The translations under genes and the position numbers were made by a program. From positions 1 to 64,000 of the IMG/VR virus record IMGVR_UViG_3300015360_000029: a DNA stretch of 64,000 nt; one strand, written 5' to 3'. Of the stretch, positions 63,151-64,000 are shown piece after piece (position 1 is the first letter of the stretch; every line of letters begins with the position of its first letter). The DNA is from a virus. The notes under the pieces were generated by a model. It did not search any database. It saw only the letters and a list, made by a program, of their open reading frames with translations, and had not been told where the DNA came from.

Positions 63151-64000
63151 ATGAAAATTTATCAAGGGGCAGAACTTTCCCGCGATCCACTGGTGGATAT
63201 GGAAGCTGCTACAAAACGATACGTTGACAATCAGATCACAGGATCTGCCGTCGTCGGTGGCTTGTTCTTCACGAACATCACCCCCACTTCTTCTGGCATC
63301 GTCGGAAGCAAAGCATATGTATCTGGTACAGTCCCAACGAATACTGTAATTACCGAAGGAACTGCCGATACCGACAACGTGACAGTCACGTTGTACGCTG
63401 AAGGTGGTTCAGCTTTTTTCTCTCCGACAATCACAATTACCACAGTGCCAGCACAAGGTAGCGGTCCAATCGTTGCTACTCTCACAGTCCCATCGCCTGG
63501 CGATCGAGTATTCACTGCAACAGCTGCTCTTACAGGCATCACAGCTGACACAATTGTTTCGGCTGTTTCAACAACGAACGCAACTGCTTCAGCAACCGTT
63601 CGACGTGCTGCAGCTGGCCCAACGATCACTCTGCTGACAATTGGTTCTTTGCCAGGTTCACAGACCGAAGTCAAGAGCGGCGACGTGGTGCCTGTTACGG
63701 GCACAGTACAGAATACAGCTACGTACTTTGAAATCATTTCAAGTGGCGCTTCCGGATCGATCTCGGTTCTTTCACTTGGAGCAGCTAATTCTGGTGGCGC
63801 AGGCTTCAAGACTGTCAGCGGCACTTTCGTTGTCAGCGGATTGTCAGGATCACAATCTGTTAGCGGCCGTGCTCAGAACGCACTTGGTACTTTCGGTTCA
63901 ACATTACAATCATCGAATTCGATAACGCTGAATCAAACATTCCCATCAATCGGCGCTCGCACGATCACGTACCCAGCAACTCAGTCTGGTCTGAAGAATA
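63151..64000 (+). CDS. Virion fibre/decoration-like protein (5' part; runs off the window end), paralogue of 1043..2782
   Basis: Not in the ORF track. MKIYQGAELSRDPLVDMEAATKRYVDNQITGSAVVGGLFFTNITPTSSGIVGSKAY...; AATKRYVD is a common phage fibre motif. Confidence 0.8.
   Translation, partial: MKIYQGAELSRDPLVDMEAATKRYVDNQITGSAVVGGLFFTNITPTSSGIVGSKAYVSGTVPTNTVITEGTADTDNVTVTLYAEGGSAFFSPTITITTVPAQGSGPIVATLTVPSPGDRVFTATAALTGITADTIVSAVSTTNATASATVRRAAAGPTITLLTIGSLPGSQTEVKSGDVVPVTGTVQNTATYFEIISSGASGSISVLSLGAANSGGAGFKTVSGTFVVSGLSGSQSVSGRAQNALGTFGSTLQSSNSITLNQTFPSIGARTITYPATQSGLKN

Noticed and set aside
1-64000. Numerous 60-200 aa ORF-track entries antisense to or nested in long genes (e.g. 63231..63824, 33468..34010, 54776..55300, 46357..46932)
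   Set aside because: Shadow frames of well-supported genes; no RBS, motif or operon logic
1-64000. Stop-codon reassignment, as seen in some large phages
   Set aside because: Core genes are full length in code 11, and TAA, TGA and TAG (e.g. gp13) all end genes at expected positions

Overview
The whole window looks like part of a large T4-superfamily (jumbo-type) myophage genome in the standard genetic code, mostly the virion morphogenesis region on the minus strand. Recognisable modules: baseplate (gp6-, gp7-, gp25-, gp5-, gp27-, gp53-, gp48-, gp26-, gp51-like), tail sheath (gp18), neck/terminator (gp13/14/15), head (portal gp20, protease gp21, scaffold gp22, major capsid gp23) and a probable tape measure. 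A plus-strand block carries the late sigma factor gp55, gp47/gp46 and endonuclease VII. An accessory block carries a photolyase-like protein, a pyrimidine-dimer glycosylase, an exonuclease, a MazG-like pyrophosphatase and an acyl carrier protein. A TAAATA late-promoter motif precedes most structural transcription units. The most striking unexplained pattern is a set of non-structural genes slotted between conserved structural genes. They share an N-terminal peptide (M-x-[TS]-F-K-[QN]-F-[IL]-A-E, or a looser M-K-x-F-E-L type) resembling the T4 internal-protein capsid-targeting sequence. The attached domains include an amidoligase, a kinase and two ParB/Srx-like domains, plus a 27-aa bare tag peptide, suggesting a modular system of capsid-packaged, co-injected enzymes. 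All family assignments come from reading motifs by eye; no database search was run. No tRNA, rRNA or CRISPR array was seen.
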